From NCBI GenBank assembly GCA_951406725.2, contig OX597841.1, positions 24,242,001-24,306,000 of the forward strand: 64,000 nucleotides of DNA, given 5' to 3'. A model generated the notes under the pieces. That model did no database searches. It was not told where the DNA came from and worked only from the letters and a program-made list of their open reading frames with translations. The translations under genes and the position numbers were made by a program. Each line of letters begins with the position of its first letter. Position 1 is the first letter of the stretch. Source of the stretch: Octopus vulgaris (taxonomy: Eukaryota). This document shows, one piece after another, positions 25,690 through 39,463 of this stretch.

Positions 25690-27475
25690 GCGCAGGAGTG
25701 GCGGCTGTGTGGTAATTAGCTTGCTAACCAACCACATGGTTCCGGGTTCAGTCTCACTGCGTGGCATCTTGGGCAAGTGTCTTCTGCTATAGCCCCGGGC
25801 CGACCAATGCCTTGTGAGTGGATTTGGTAGACGGAAACTGAAAGAAGCCCGTCGTATATATGTATTTATATATATATGTGTGTGTGTGTGTACGTGTTTG
25901 TGTGTCTGTGTTTGTGCCCCTAGCATTGCTTGACAACCGATGCTGGTGTCTTTGCGTCCCCGTTACTTAGCGGTTCAGCAAAGGAGACCGATAGAATAAG
26001 TACTGGGCTTACAAAAAAGAATAAGTCCCGGGGTCGATTTGCTCGACTAAAAGGCGGCGCTCCAGCATGGCTGCAGTCAAATGACTGAAACAAGTAAAAG
26101 AGACCGATAGAATAAGTACTGGGCTTACAAAGAATAAGTCCTGGGGTCGATTTCCTCGACTAAAGGCGGTGCTCCAGCATAGCCGCAGTCAAATGACTGA
26201 AACAAGTAAAAGAGACCGATAGAATAAGTACTGGGCTTACAAAAGAATAAGTCCTGGGGTCGATTTCCTCGACTAAAGGCGGTGCTCCAGCATAGCCGCA
26301 GTCAAATGACTGAAACAAGTAAAAGAGACCGATAGAATAAGTACTGGGCTTACAAAAGAATAAGTCCTGGGGTCGATTTCCTCGACTAAAGGCGGTGCTC
26401 CAGCATAGCCGCAGTCAAATGACTGAAACAAGTAAAAGAGACCGATAGAATAAGTACTGGGCTTACAAAAGAATAAGTCCTGGGGTCGATTTCCTCGACT
26501 AAAGGCGGTGCTCCAGCATAGCCGCAGTCAAATGACTGAAACAAGTAAAAGAGACCGATAGAATAAGTACTGGGCTTACAAAAGAATAAGTCCTGGGGTC
26601 GATTTCCTCGACTAAAGGCGGTGCTCCAGCATAGCCGCAGTCAAATGACTGAAACAAGTAAAAGAGACCGATAGAATAAGTACTGGGCTTACAAAAGAAT
26701 AAGTCCTGGGGTCGATTTCCTCGACTAAAGGCGGTGCTCCAGCATAGCCGCAGTCAAATGACTGAAACAAGTAAAAGAGACCGATAGAATAAGTACTGGG
26801 CTTACAAAAAGAATAAGTCCCGGGGTCGATTTGCTCGACTAAAGGCGGTGCTCCAGCATAGCCGCAGTCAAATGACTGAAACAAGTAGAAGAGACTGATA
26901 GAATAAGTACTGGGCTTACAAAAGAATAAGTCCCGGGGTCGATTTGCTCGACTAAAAGGCGGTGCTCCAGCATGGCCGCAGTCAAATGACAGTAACGAGT
27001 AAAAGAGACTGATAGAATAAGTACTGGGCTTACAAAAAGAATAAGTCCCGGGGTCGATTTGCTCGACTAAAAGGCGGTGCTCCAGCATGGCCGCAGTCAA
27101 ATGACTGAAACAAGTAAAAGAGACCGATAGAATAAGTACTGGGCTCACAAAAGAATAAGTCCCGGGGTCGATTTGCTCGACTAAAGGCGGTGCTCCAGCA
27201 TGGCCGCAGTCAAATGACTGAAACAAGTAAAAGAGACCGATAGAATAAGTACTAGGCTTACAAAAAGAATAAGTCCCGGGGTCGATTTCCTCGACTAAAA
27301 GGCGGTGCTCCGGCATGGCCGCAGTCAAATGACAGTAACGAGTAAAAGAGACTGATAGAATAAGTACTGGGCTTACAAAAAAGAATAAGTCCCGGGGGTC
27401 GATTTGCTCGACTAAAAGGCGGCGCTCCAGCATGGCCACAGTCAAACGACTGAAACGAGTAAAAGAGTAAAAGAG
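25690..27475 (+). mobile_element. family A SINE with its 3' ~113 bp amplified into about 13 tandem copies
   Basis: Units GAGAC(C/T)GATAGAATAAGTACTGGGCTTACAAAAGAATAAGTCC...GAAACAAGTAAAA from about 25984 to 27465. Confidence 0.95.
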
Positions 27476-27905
27476 CGAAGAGAGAACACACTTGCTTTTC
27501 TTGCGATATTCTTCATAACACCGTTTCGCTCTTTATAATCATTCATTTCCTCATCTGAAATATATTGCCTTTCAAATTCTATTGGATAAATTTCCATTTC
27601 TTGCTTCCCAGTACATATTTCTGTCTCTTCACTTCGTCCTTTGAACTTTCCAATAATGTTGTCTTCCAGTTATATATTACACACACACGCACACACACAC
27701 GCATACACACATGTAGACTTGCGCACACGTAGACACACGCATACGCATACACATGTGCACACATATACACATACACATGAACATATGTTATGTAGACGTC
27801 AGCTCATATACATACACAGAGATATATAGGTGCTTTTACATATGTGCACTCTACATTTATAGACATTTACACACACACACACCTGCGTGTGTATATATAT
27901 ATATA

Positions 27906-27979
<74 letters not shown>

Positions 27980-27980
27980 T

Positions 27981-28031
<51 letters not shown>

Positions 28032-28143
28032 CATATCTATATATACATACATACATACATACATATATATATATATACATACATACATATATACATACAT
28101 AGATATATACATACATAGATATATACATACATAGATATATACA

Positions 28144-28204
<61 letters not shown>

Positions 28205-28618
28205 TAGATTCAATACTGACTTCTTGGAGAGAGAGATTGAAAAGAATCAACGACAGACAACTCTCCACTGAAGAGGTATTTGAAACACATGGTTGCGCAA
28301 CCTGCAAGAAATAGCAGTCAAATTACAGATCTCACACTGCAGTCTTAAATACAGCCTACATCTAATGATATACTGATTAGTCACAAGTGGAGCACATTTC
28401 ATTGTCAATATTTCTCTAATACTAAGGTGGTAAGCTGGCAGAATCCATAGCTGCGCAAATTACTCGGCTGCGTTTCATCATATTCGTCATTATCAACATG
28501 TAACGTCCAACCCCTGTCAGCAGCATTTTCTATGCTGGCCTAGGTTGGATGGTTGGCAAGGCCAGAAGCTACACAAGGTTCCAATTGTCTGCATTGGCTT
28601 AGTTTCTATGTCTGGATA

Positions 28619-29005
28619 GTGGAGGTGCAATGGCCCAGTGGTTAGGGCAGCGGACTCGCGGTCATTGGATCGCGGTTTCGATTCCCAGACCGGGCGTTGT
28701 GAGTGTTTATTGAGTGAAAACACCTAAAAGCTCCACGAGGCTCCGGCAGGGGGTGGTGGTGATCCCTGCTGTACTCTTTCACCACAACTTTCTCTCACCC
28801 TTACTTCCTGTTTCTGTTGTACCTGTATTTCAAAGGGCCGGCCTTGTCACTCTCTGTGTCACGCTGAATATCCACGAGAACTACGTTAAGGGTACACGTG
28901 TCTGTGGAGTGCTCAGCCACTTACACGTTAATTTCACGAGCAGGCTGTTCCGTTGATTCGGATCAACCGGAACCCTCGTCGTCATAACTGACGGAGTGCT
29001 TCCAC
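28619..29005 (+). mobile_element. full-length family C SINE nested in a family B/RTE fragment
   Basis: 11-bp TSD ATGTCTGGATA at 28608-28618 and 29006-29016. Confidence 0.9.
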
Positions 29006-29449
29006 ATGTCTGGATACTCTTCCTAATACCAACCACTCTACAGAGTGTACCGGGTGCTTTTTACGTGACACCACAACCAGTGCTTTTTATGTGGAACCAA
29101 AACCCACACCAAATCTTTTTACATGGCACCTTGGTTTTAGGATCTCAACTCTGTTGTGGTGGGTGGGTCTTCTCAAGTACGGCAATACACCACATATCTC
29201 GATCCTTTGTCATTTCCTTTGCAAGGTTCAGTGTTCTGAGTTCAAATTCTGCTGAGATTGATTTTTGCCTGAGATTGATTCAGCGGTTCAGCAAAAGTGA
29301 CCGGTAGAATAAGTACTAGACTTACAAAGAATAAGCTCTGGGGGGCGATTTACTCGACTATAAAGGCGGTGCTCCAGCATGGCTGCAGTCAAATGACTAA
29401 AACTAATAAAAGAATATTTGGTAGGGATCTTCTGTTCTTGGATTGCAAG

Positions 29450-29587
29450 TGTGTATGTGTGTGTGTGTATGTGTGTGTATATGTGTGTATGTGTGTGTGT
29501 ATGTGTGTGTGTATGTGTGTGTATGTGTGTATGTATGTGTGTGTATGTATGTGTGTATGTGTGTATGTATGTGTGTATGTGTGTGCA

Positions 29588-29622
<35 letters not shown>

Positions 29623-30054
29623 GTGTATGTGTGTGCATGTGTGTGTGTATGTGTGTGTGTATGTGTGTGTGTATGTGTGTGTATGTGTGTGTGTGTATGT
29701 ATGTCATAAATTTGTTGGTACTCCATGCCCAGCTGTTGACATGATCAATCCTTTTTATAGTTTGTGTGTCTTATGTGAAGGCGTGTGGCTCAGTGGTTAG
29801 AGCGTCGAGCTTACGATCGTGAGGTTGTGAGCTCGAATCCCGGACAGGGCTGCGTGTTGTGTTCTTGAGCAAGTCGCTTTATTTCACGTTGCTCCAGTTC
29901 ACTCAGCTGGTGCCAAGCTGTATCGGCCCCTTTGCCTTTCCCTTGGATAACACTGGTGGTGTAGAGAGGGGAGGCCGTTATGCATGGGCGACTGCTGGTC
30001 TCCCATAAAAAGAACCTTGCCCTGACTTGTGCCTCCATCAATACGCGCGCGCGC

Positions 30055-30121
<67 letters not shown>

Positions 30122-30151
30122 TGTGTGTATGTGTGTATGTGTATGTATGTA

Positions 30152-30184
<33 letters not shown>

Positions 30185-31161
30185 GTATGTATGTGTGTGT
30201 GTGTATGTGTGTATGTATGTGTGTGTGTATGCATGTGTGTATGCATGTGTGTATGTATGTGTGTGTATGTGTGTGTGTATGTGTGTGTATGTGTGTGTGT
30301 GTATGTGTGTATGTATGTGTGTGTGTATGTGTGTGTATGTGTGTGTGTATGTGTGTGTATGTGTGTATGTGTATGTGTGTATGTATGTGTGTGTGTATGT
30401 ATGTGTGTATGTGTGTATGTATGTGTGTGTGTGTGTATATGTGTGTGTATGTGTGTGTGTGTATGTATGTGTGTGTATGTATGTGTGTATGTGTGTGTGT
30501 GTGTATGTGTGTGTGTGTGTGCATGCATGTGTGTATGTATGTGTGTATGTATGTGCATGTGTGTGTGTATGTGTGTGTGTATGTGTGTGCAAGCCCATGG
30601 TCAGTGTCTGACCGAAGGGGGCCTCTCTCTCTCTATGTGCCAATTGCCAATGGTCCCTCTTCCCAATGGACTGGTCCTTTTTTCCTTCCTGTTGTTCTGA
30701 TAGATAGATTTTTACCAATTCTCCTTGGGGAAAGAACTCTCTATCAGCTCCTATTTCACGCCTCTCCTCTCAAGTTCGTTAGCTAACCTAATTATGTGAT
30801 TGGTTTCATAGCCACAAACTTGGCCAACATAATTACCGGTCTCTTTCCTCTGCTGCAGATGTTCTTTCAGTATCACAATTTGTGCTTCACGTGACATCAA
30901 TACGCACGCGTGTGTGTGTGTGTGTGTGTGTATGTGTGTGTGTATGTGTGTGTATATGTGTGTGTATGCGTGTATGTGTATGCGTGTATGTGTGTGTGTA
31001 TGTGTGCATGTGTGTGTATGTGTGTGTGTGTTTGTGTGAATGTGTGTATGTATGTGTGTGTATGTGTGTGTGTATGTGTGTGTATGTGTGTATGTGTGTA
31101 AGTGTGTATGTGTGTTTGTGTGCGTGTGTGTGTATGTGTGTATGTGTGTGTATGTGTGTGT

Positions 31162-31236
<75 letters not shown>

Positions 31237-31237
31237 T

Positions 31238-31295
<58 letters not shown>

Positions 31296-31470
31296 GTATG
31301 TGTGTGTGTGTGTGTGTATGTGTGTGTATGTGTGTGTATGCATGTATGTGTGTGTGGGTATGTGTGTGTATGTATGCGTGTATGTGTGTGTATGTGTGTG
31401 TATGTGTGTGTGTGCGTGCGTGTGTCTGTGTGTGTGTATGTCTCTCTCTCTCTCTCTCTCTGTCTGTATG
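29450..31470. repeat. (TG)n/(TATG)n microsatellite blocks
   Basis: Directly visible, interrupted by a SINE and a unique spacer. Confidence 0.9.
29777..30033 (+). mobile_element. family D tRNA-derived SINE (tail resumes at about 30590-30625)
   Basis: A-box TGGCTCAGTGG, B-box GAGCTCGAATCC. Confidence 0.85.
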
Positions 31471-31719
31471 TATGCATAACGTGGATGGAAGAGATGATGG
31501 GAAAATCAATAAGTATGATGGGCAGGAGAAGAGATAGTGTGCGGTGGATGTGAGGAGATGGGGAATAGGTAATAGTCAATGGGGGTATGCAAGGTGATGT
31601 GTACCCTATGCAATAAGCAAAGTGGACTGCATGCACTGAGCCACTGTTCCAACATGTATTTTACCAAATTTATACCGGAGACCATATCTTTTGCAGTACT
31701 CGTGTAGCATCAGTTTTGT

Positions 31720-31890
31720 CGATTCACATTCCTGTCTGTCATATCTTTTGTCACGAGCAACATCTGAAAATCATTTTTTACCACCTTATGCCAAGCCTTC
31801 CTTGGACTCCGATTTCCATTGGTACCAATCACTTTGAGTGCTTGACACTTGCTTGCACAGCTGTCAGCTTCTATCTGCATCATGTCTCCA
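31720..31890 (-). pseudogene. RTE ORF2 C-terminal remnant
   Basis: DSCASKCQALKVIGTNGNRSPRKAWHKVVKNDFQML..DMTDRN resembles the RTE end at 57545-57720. Confidence 0.6.
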
Positions 31891-32061
31891 ACCGTCGCAG
31901 TCATCTCTGCATTTGATTCCCCTTATACACAAACATTTATATATGTATGATTATAAAAAAAACATATATATGCATATATACACACACACACACACGCATA
32001 TTGTCATACTCATCATCATCATTTAACATTTGCTTTCCATGTATAACATTTATTTTCCATT

Positions 32062-32118
<57 letters not shown>

Positions 32119-32213
32119 GTATATATATATGTATATATATATATGTATATATATATATATGTGTGTGTATATATATGTGTGTGTGTATATATATATATAT
32201 GTATGTATATATA

Positions 32214-32255
<42 letters not shown>

Positions 32256-32441
32256 TATATGTGTGTATATATATATATACATGTATATATATATATGTGT
32301 ATATATATATATATGTGTATATATATATATATATATGTATGTATATATATATATGTGTGTGTATATATATATGTGTGTGTGCATATATATATATATATAC
32401 AAATATATATGTGTGTGTGTGTATATATTTATACACACACA

Positions 32442-32635
32442 ATTGCAGTGTGGAAGGTGTTTATAAGCCATTTAAAAACACACAAAAACCGTTAGATTCA
32501 CTTCAACATTTAAATTTAATTTGGCAAAATATTTTCGGCAGTTTGAGATCGCGACCTGTTCACTGACAAAATTCTGTGCTGCATCTTGTCAGTGAACAGG
32601 TCGCGGTCTCAAAGCGCCGAAAATATTTTGGCACA
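32442..32635. mobile_element. short fold-back element with 45-bp inverted arms
   Basis: Arms 32525-32569 and 32586-32630. Confidence 0.65.
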
Positions 32636-33004
32636 AATGCACACACACCATAAACACACAAATCCCCCCCCACACACACACACATTCACATACCCTCCTT
32701 TTACATACACACACTGACATCTTCCCACAGAGTTGAAACGCTGTTTGATTTATTTTTTACAGAATACTCTTTTCATCATCCCACTACCAAGTATGACACC
32801 ACCCCTTCCTTCCTTATTCATCTATCACCCTCTTCCTTTCTCATTCCTGAACACAAGAGTATTATTATAGTAGATTATACCCGGTAACCATGGGATCTAT
32901 GAAAAAAATACGAAGCCCAGCATCACCACCAGATCATTCTACACATCTGACCATGAATCCCAAGAGAAGAAAGAATCGCCCATGTCAAATTTATATGTAT
33001 ATAT

Positions 33005-33044
<40 letters not shown>

Positions 33045-33046
<2 letters not shown>

Positions 33047-33567
33047 GTTTAAATATTTGTTGTGCAAGATTTTTTATGTGAAGTCGTGTGTTGAAACAGA
33101 TATTGTTATATTTCGGAATGGTCATATTGCCAGTTTAGCCAATAAAAACACACGCACTATATATTTGGTGTTATTTTGCTTCAGTGATATTTATTTTTTA
33201 CATTAATCTTAATCTTATTTCGGCCAAAGTTCTTTCGTCACACTCCTGTGACCGCATCAGTGGTCCTTTGTTTTCTTCTCACTTACTTGTGTCTCTCCTT
33301 ACTAACGGTTAGTAAGGAGAGACACAAGTAAGTGAGAAGAAAACAAAGGACCACTGATGCGGTCACAGGAGTGTGACGAAAGAACTTTGGCCGAAATAAG
33401 ATTAAGATTAATGTAAAAATAAATATCACTGAAGCAAAATAACACCAAATATATAGTGCGTGTGTTTTTATTGGCTAAACTGGCAATATGACCATTCCGA
33501 AATATAACAATATCTGTTTCAACACACGACTTCACATAAAAAATCTTGCACAACAAATATTTAAACG

Positions 33568-33568
<1 letters not shown>
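33045..33568. mobile_element. ~524-bp near-perfect palindrome in (TA)n carrying a variant hammerhead in each arm
   Basis: Arms 33045-33306 and 33308-33568, 1-nt spacer; fragment also at about 14695-14780. Confidence 0.85.
33348..33392 (+). ncRNA. variant minimal hammerhead (A9 position is C)
   Basis: GGACCA-CTGATGC-G-GTCACA GGAG TGTGAC-GAAA-GAAC-TT-TGGCC. Confidence 0.55.
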
Positions 33569-33661
<93 letters not shown>

Positions 33662-33795
33662 TACATATATATACATATATATATATGTATACATACGTAT
33701 ATATTAATGCATGTTTATATTTATGTACACATACATATATGCACACACACACTCACACATACACACACATATGTATACATACATACAATCATTTA

Positions 33796-33852
<57 letters not shown>

Positions 33853-33950
33853 TACATACGTGTATATTAACGCATGTTTATATTTATATACACAGACACA
33901 TACATATATGCACATACACACACATACGTACACGTACATACAATCATTTA

Positions 33951-34000
<50 letters not shown>

Positions 34001-34365
34001 ATGTTAATATCTAAATGTGTATGCATATGTGTGTTTGTGTACTAATGTGAGTGTGTGTGTCTGTGTTGTATGTGTAAATCTGTGTTGTATGCACATGTGT
34101 TGTGTGTGTGTGTGTGTGTGTGCAATTATCAGTGTCTGTGTGTGTATGTGTGTGTGTGTGTGTATGTATGCAAGTGTGCCTATCTTTCCACATCATAACA
34201 CTAAATTAAACCTCATACAAATATCCTGAAACACAATTAGATTAAGCCTGGATTAATTAGCTATAATGAGGCTATTTCATACACACGCAGACACATGCAT
34301 GTGAAGACATGAATGCACACACATAAAAATATACAAATATACATATTTATAAATACATATGCATA

Positions 34366-34527
34366 GGCGCAGGAGTGGCTGTGTGGTAAGTAGCTTGCTA
34401 ACCAACCACATGGTTCCGGGTTCAGTCCCACTGCGTGGCACCTTGGGCTAGTGTCTTCTGCTATAGCCCCGGGCCGACCAATGCCTTGTGAGTGGATTTG
34501 GTAGACGGAAACTGAAAGAAGCCTGTC

Positions 34528-34567
<40 letters not shown>

Positions 34568-34958
34568 AGGAGTGGGTGTGTGGTAAGTAGCTTGCTAACC
34601 AACCACATGGTTCCGGGTTCAGTCCCACTGCGTGGCACCTTGGGCTAGTGTCTTCTGCTATAGCCTTGTGAGTGGATTTGGTAGGCGGAAACTGAAAGAA
34701 GCCTGTCGTATATATGTATATGTGTGTATGTGTGTGTGTTTGTGTGTGTGTGTTTGTCCCCCTAGCATTGCTTGACAACCGATGCTGGTGTGTTTACGTC
34801 TCCGTCACTCAGCGGTTCGGCAAAAAGAGACCGATAGAATAAGTACTGGGCTTACAAAAAAGAATAATTCCCGGGGTCGAGTTGCTCGACTAAAGGCGGT
34901 GCTCCAGCCTGGCCACAGTCAAAAGACTGAAACAAGTAAAAGAGTAAAGAGTAAAGAG
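34366..34958 (+). mobile_element. family A SINE with duplicated 5' head
   Basis: Heads at 34366 and 34564 separated by (TA)n. Confidence 0.9.
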
Positions 34959-35214
34959 TATATATTCATACGCACATAAATACACATAAAATATGATACA
35001 TGCATACATGCCGATCAAGGTATGATTATATACAGGTGGATGCAAGATTAGGTTTACAGGTATCAGAACAAAAATATGTACAATACCCATTTATTTTTAT
35101 TTTTATCAAAAAATTAGAATTTAGCCTTATTTTTGATATTTTCAGTGCGATTAATCATAATATCACATCATAACTATAATAATAATTTTATTTTAAGTTT
35201 TAATTGCAGCTGAG

Positions 35215-35667
35215 TTACCAGTGCCGGTGGCACGTAAGAGAACCATCCGAATGTGGCCGTTGCCAGCGCTGCCCCCACTGGCCTCGGGCCGGTGGCACAT
35301 AAAAAGCACCATCCGTTCATGGCCGTTGCCAGCGCCGCCCAGACTGGCCTCGTGCCAGTGGCATGTAAAAAGTACCATCCGTTCGTGGCCGTTGCCAGCC
35401 TCACCTGGCCCCCATGCCGGTGGCACGTAAAAAGCACCATCCGTTCATGGCCGTTTGCCAGCTCCATCTGGCACCTGTGTGGGTGGCACGTAAAAAGCAC
35501 CCACTACACTCACGATGTGGTTGGCGTTAGGAAGGGCATCCAGCCGTAGAAACATTGCCAGATCATACTGGGCTTGATGCAGCCTTCTGGCTTCCCTGAC
35601 GCCAGTAGAACTGTCCAACCCATGCTAGCATGGAAAGCGGACGCTAAATGATGATGATGATGATGAT
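35215..35667 (+). mobile_element. family B with about 4 internal ~60-bp units
   Basis: Repeated GTGGCACGTAAAAAGCACCATCCG; (GAT)n tail. Confidence 0.85.
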
Positions 35668-35946
35668 ATGTGTGTGTGTGTGTGTATGTATACATACACA
35701 TACATATAAATATATACACACATGTACAGACAACTGCAGTCACTGATGAGTTATATGTTCATCCACACATGTACACATGTTGCATTTATACATACATGTA
35801 TGCACATGCTTACACACTCATCTATGGAGATCTGTTATACATACATTTGGTCACTAACTCGTATGACACATATACGCCTCCGCGCACAGATTTTCACATC
35901 CTCGACACAACACATACACATGTATATACATACATACATACATACA

Positions 35947-36015
<69 letters not shown>

Positions 36016-36239
36016 GCATATAATCACACACACTTGCACATATATACACATACTTAAATGTATGTAGATCCATACACACACATACACATATACACATGCT
36101 TGAATACACACACATATACACACAGATGCTTATATACACATACATATATACACACATACATACATATGCTTACATAGACTACATATATACACACATACAT
36201 ATATATATATACATATGTATATATATACATACACATGCA

Positions 36240-37758
36240 CACACACTCACAGCCATAAACACACACACACACATGCACCACACAATGCACACACACATCC
36301 CTACACATGCATAGCAACACACACATGTACAGCCACATACACACATACATCCTTACACACACACACACAGTAACACATAGACAGTCACATACACACAGCC
36401 ACATACACACACACTCACAACCATAAGCACACACACATGCACCACACAATACACACACACATCCCTACACATACATAGCAACACATACACACATACATCC
36501 TTACACACACACAGTAACAGATAAGCAGCCACACAGACACATACACACACATACACACAGTCACACACACACACACACATATCCCTACACATGCATACCA
36601 ACACACACACATATACAGCCACATACACACATACATCCTTACACACACACACAGTAACAGATAGGCAGCCACACAGACACATACACAGACAGCCACACAC
36701 ACACATACACACATACGCATACACACACTCACACACATCCCTACACATGCATAGCAACACACACACACATGTACAGCCACATACACACATACATCCTAAC
36801 ACAGACACACACATAACACATACACAGCCACACACACACACACACACACAGTAACACATAGACAGCCACACACACACACACATATGCATACACACACTCA
36901 CACACATCCCTACACATGCATAGCAACACACACACATGTACAGCCATATACACACATACATCCTTACACACACACACAGTGACAGATAGACAGCCACATA
37001 CACACAGCCACATACACACACTCACACACATGCACACAGATGCTTACATAAAAATATAGATACACACATACATTTATATATACATACACATACACACACA
37101 CTCACAGCACACACACACACACATGCACCACACAATACACACACACATCCCTACACATGCATAGCAACACACACACATGTACAGCCATATACACACCACA
37201 GCCCCATACACACATACATCCTTACACACACACAGTAACAGATAGGCAGCCACACATACACACACATACACACAGTCACACACACACACTCACACACACA
37301 CACACATCCCTACACATGCATAGCAACACACACACATGTACAGCCATATACACACCACAGCCCCATACACACATACATCCTTACACACACACAGTAACAG
37401 ATAGGCAGCCACACAGACACACACATACACACAGTCACACACACACACTCACACACACACACACATCCCTACACATGCATAGCAACACACATACATGTAC
37501 AGCCATATACACACCACAGCCCCATACACACATACATCCTTACACACACACAGTAACAGATAGGCAGCCACACAGACACATACACGCACATACACACAGT
37601 CACACACACACACTCACACACACACACACATCCCTACACATGCATAGCAACACACACACATGTACAGCCATATACACACCACAGCCCCATACACACATAC
37701 ATCCTTACACACACACAGTAACAGATAGGCAGCCACACATACACACACATACACACAG

Positions 37759-37794
<36 letters not shown>

Positions 37795-38145
37795 CCCTAC
37801 ACATGCATAGCAACACACACACATGTACAGCCATATACACACCACAGCCCCATACACACATACATCCTTACACACACACATGTACAGCCATATACACACC
37901 ACAGCCCCATACACACATACATCCTTACACACACACAGTAACAGATAGGCAGCCACACATACACACACATACACACAGTCACACACACACACTCACACAC
38001 ACACACACACATCCCTACACATGCATAGCAACACACACACATGTACAGCCATATACACACCACAGCCCCATACACACATACATCCTTACACACACACAGT
38101 AACAGATAGGCAGCCACACAGACACATACACACACATACACACAG

Positions 38146-38179
<34 letters not shown>

Positions 38180-38306
38180 CCCTACACATGCATAGCAACA
38201 CACACACATGTACAGCCATATACACACCACAGCCCCATACACACATACATCCTTACACACACACAGTAACAGATAGGCAGCCACACATACACACACATAC
38301 ACACAG

Positions 38307-38338
<32 letters not shown>

Positions 38339-38460
38339 CCCTACACATGCATAGCAACACACACACATGTACAGCCACATACACACCACAGCCCCATACA
38401 CACATACATCCTTACACACACACAGTAACAGATAGGCAGCCACACAACCACACACACACA
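36240..38460. repeat. complex CA-based minisatellite, ~160-bp unit
   Basis: Recurring CATCCCTACACATGCATAGCAAC...GTAACAGATAGGCAGCCAC. Confidence 0.9.
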
Positions 38461-38719
38461 CACACACAAACCTATCAATTTCAACCCCACCACCACCACC
38501 ATGGCCACCACCACCACCACCGTGGCCACCACCACCACCACCATTCCACTCCTAATTACAGATTATTGGATGTGGTTAAACATCAATTCTAATGTTAAAC
38601 GCACAGAATCACATTAAAGTTGCAGACACACAGACTGCAGCAGTGCACACCACACGCACTGCTGCACAACTGCACACTGACACCACTGCTCTCGTGCAAT
38701 TATAGGATGCACCAGTTTA

Positions 38720-39429
38720 CTGTGTGTGTGTGTATGTGTGGTTGTCTATCTGTTATCTGTTACTGTGTGTGTGTACATGGCTGTACATGTGTGTATGTTG
38801 CTATGCATGTGTGTGTGTGTGTGTATGCATATGTGTGTGTATGTGTGTGTGTACGTGGCTGTACATGTGTGTATGTTGCTATGCATGTGTGTGTGTGTGT
38901 GTATGCATATGTGTGTGTATGTGTGTGTGTACGTGGCTGTACATGTGTGTATGTTGCTATGCATATGTGTGTGTGTGTATGTAAGCATATGTGTGTGTAT
39001 GTGTGTGTGTACGTGGCTGTACATGTGTGTATGTTGCTATGCATGTGTGTGTATGTGTGTATGCATATGTGTGTGTATGTGTGTGTGTACATGGCTGTAC
39101 ATGTGTGTATGTTGCTATGCATGTGTGTGTGTGTGTGTATGCATATGTGTGTGTATGTGTGTGTGTACGTGGCTGTACATGTGTGTATGTTACTATGCAT
39201 GAGTGTGTGTGTGTATGCATATGTGTGTGTATGTGTGTGTGTACATGGCTGTACATGTGTGTATGTTGCTATGCATGTGTGTGTGTGTGTATGCATATGT
39301 GTGTGTATGTGTGTGTGTACGTGGCTGTACATGTGTGTATGTTGCTATGCATGTGTGTGTATGTGTGTATGCATATGTGTGTGTATGTGTGTGTGTACAT
39401 GGCTGTACATGTGTGTATGTTGCTATGCA

Positions 39430-39463
<34 letters not shown>

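Noticed and set aside
25984-27465. Regular array as CRISPR or a 277-aa protein
   Set aside because: Units are contiguous SINE tails with no unique spacers
27490-27670. Short open minus-strand frame (LEDNIIGKFKGRS..DEEMNDYKERNGVMKNIARKA)
   Set aside because: More consistent with a decayed RTE 3' end than a host exon; not identifiable
28619-28695. tRNA genes at SINE heads (also 29777, 34366, 57115)
   Set aside because: A and B boxes present but they continue into repeated SINE bodies, with TSDs in some; no complete cloverleaf
35743-35760. Isolated CTGATGAG
   Set aside because: No downstream GAAA or helices
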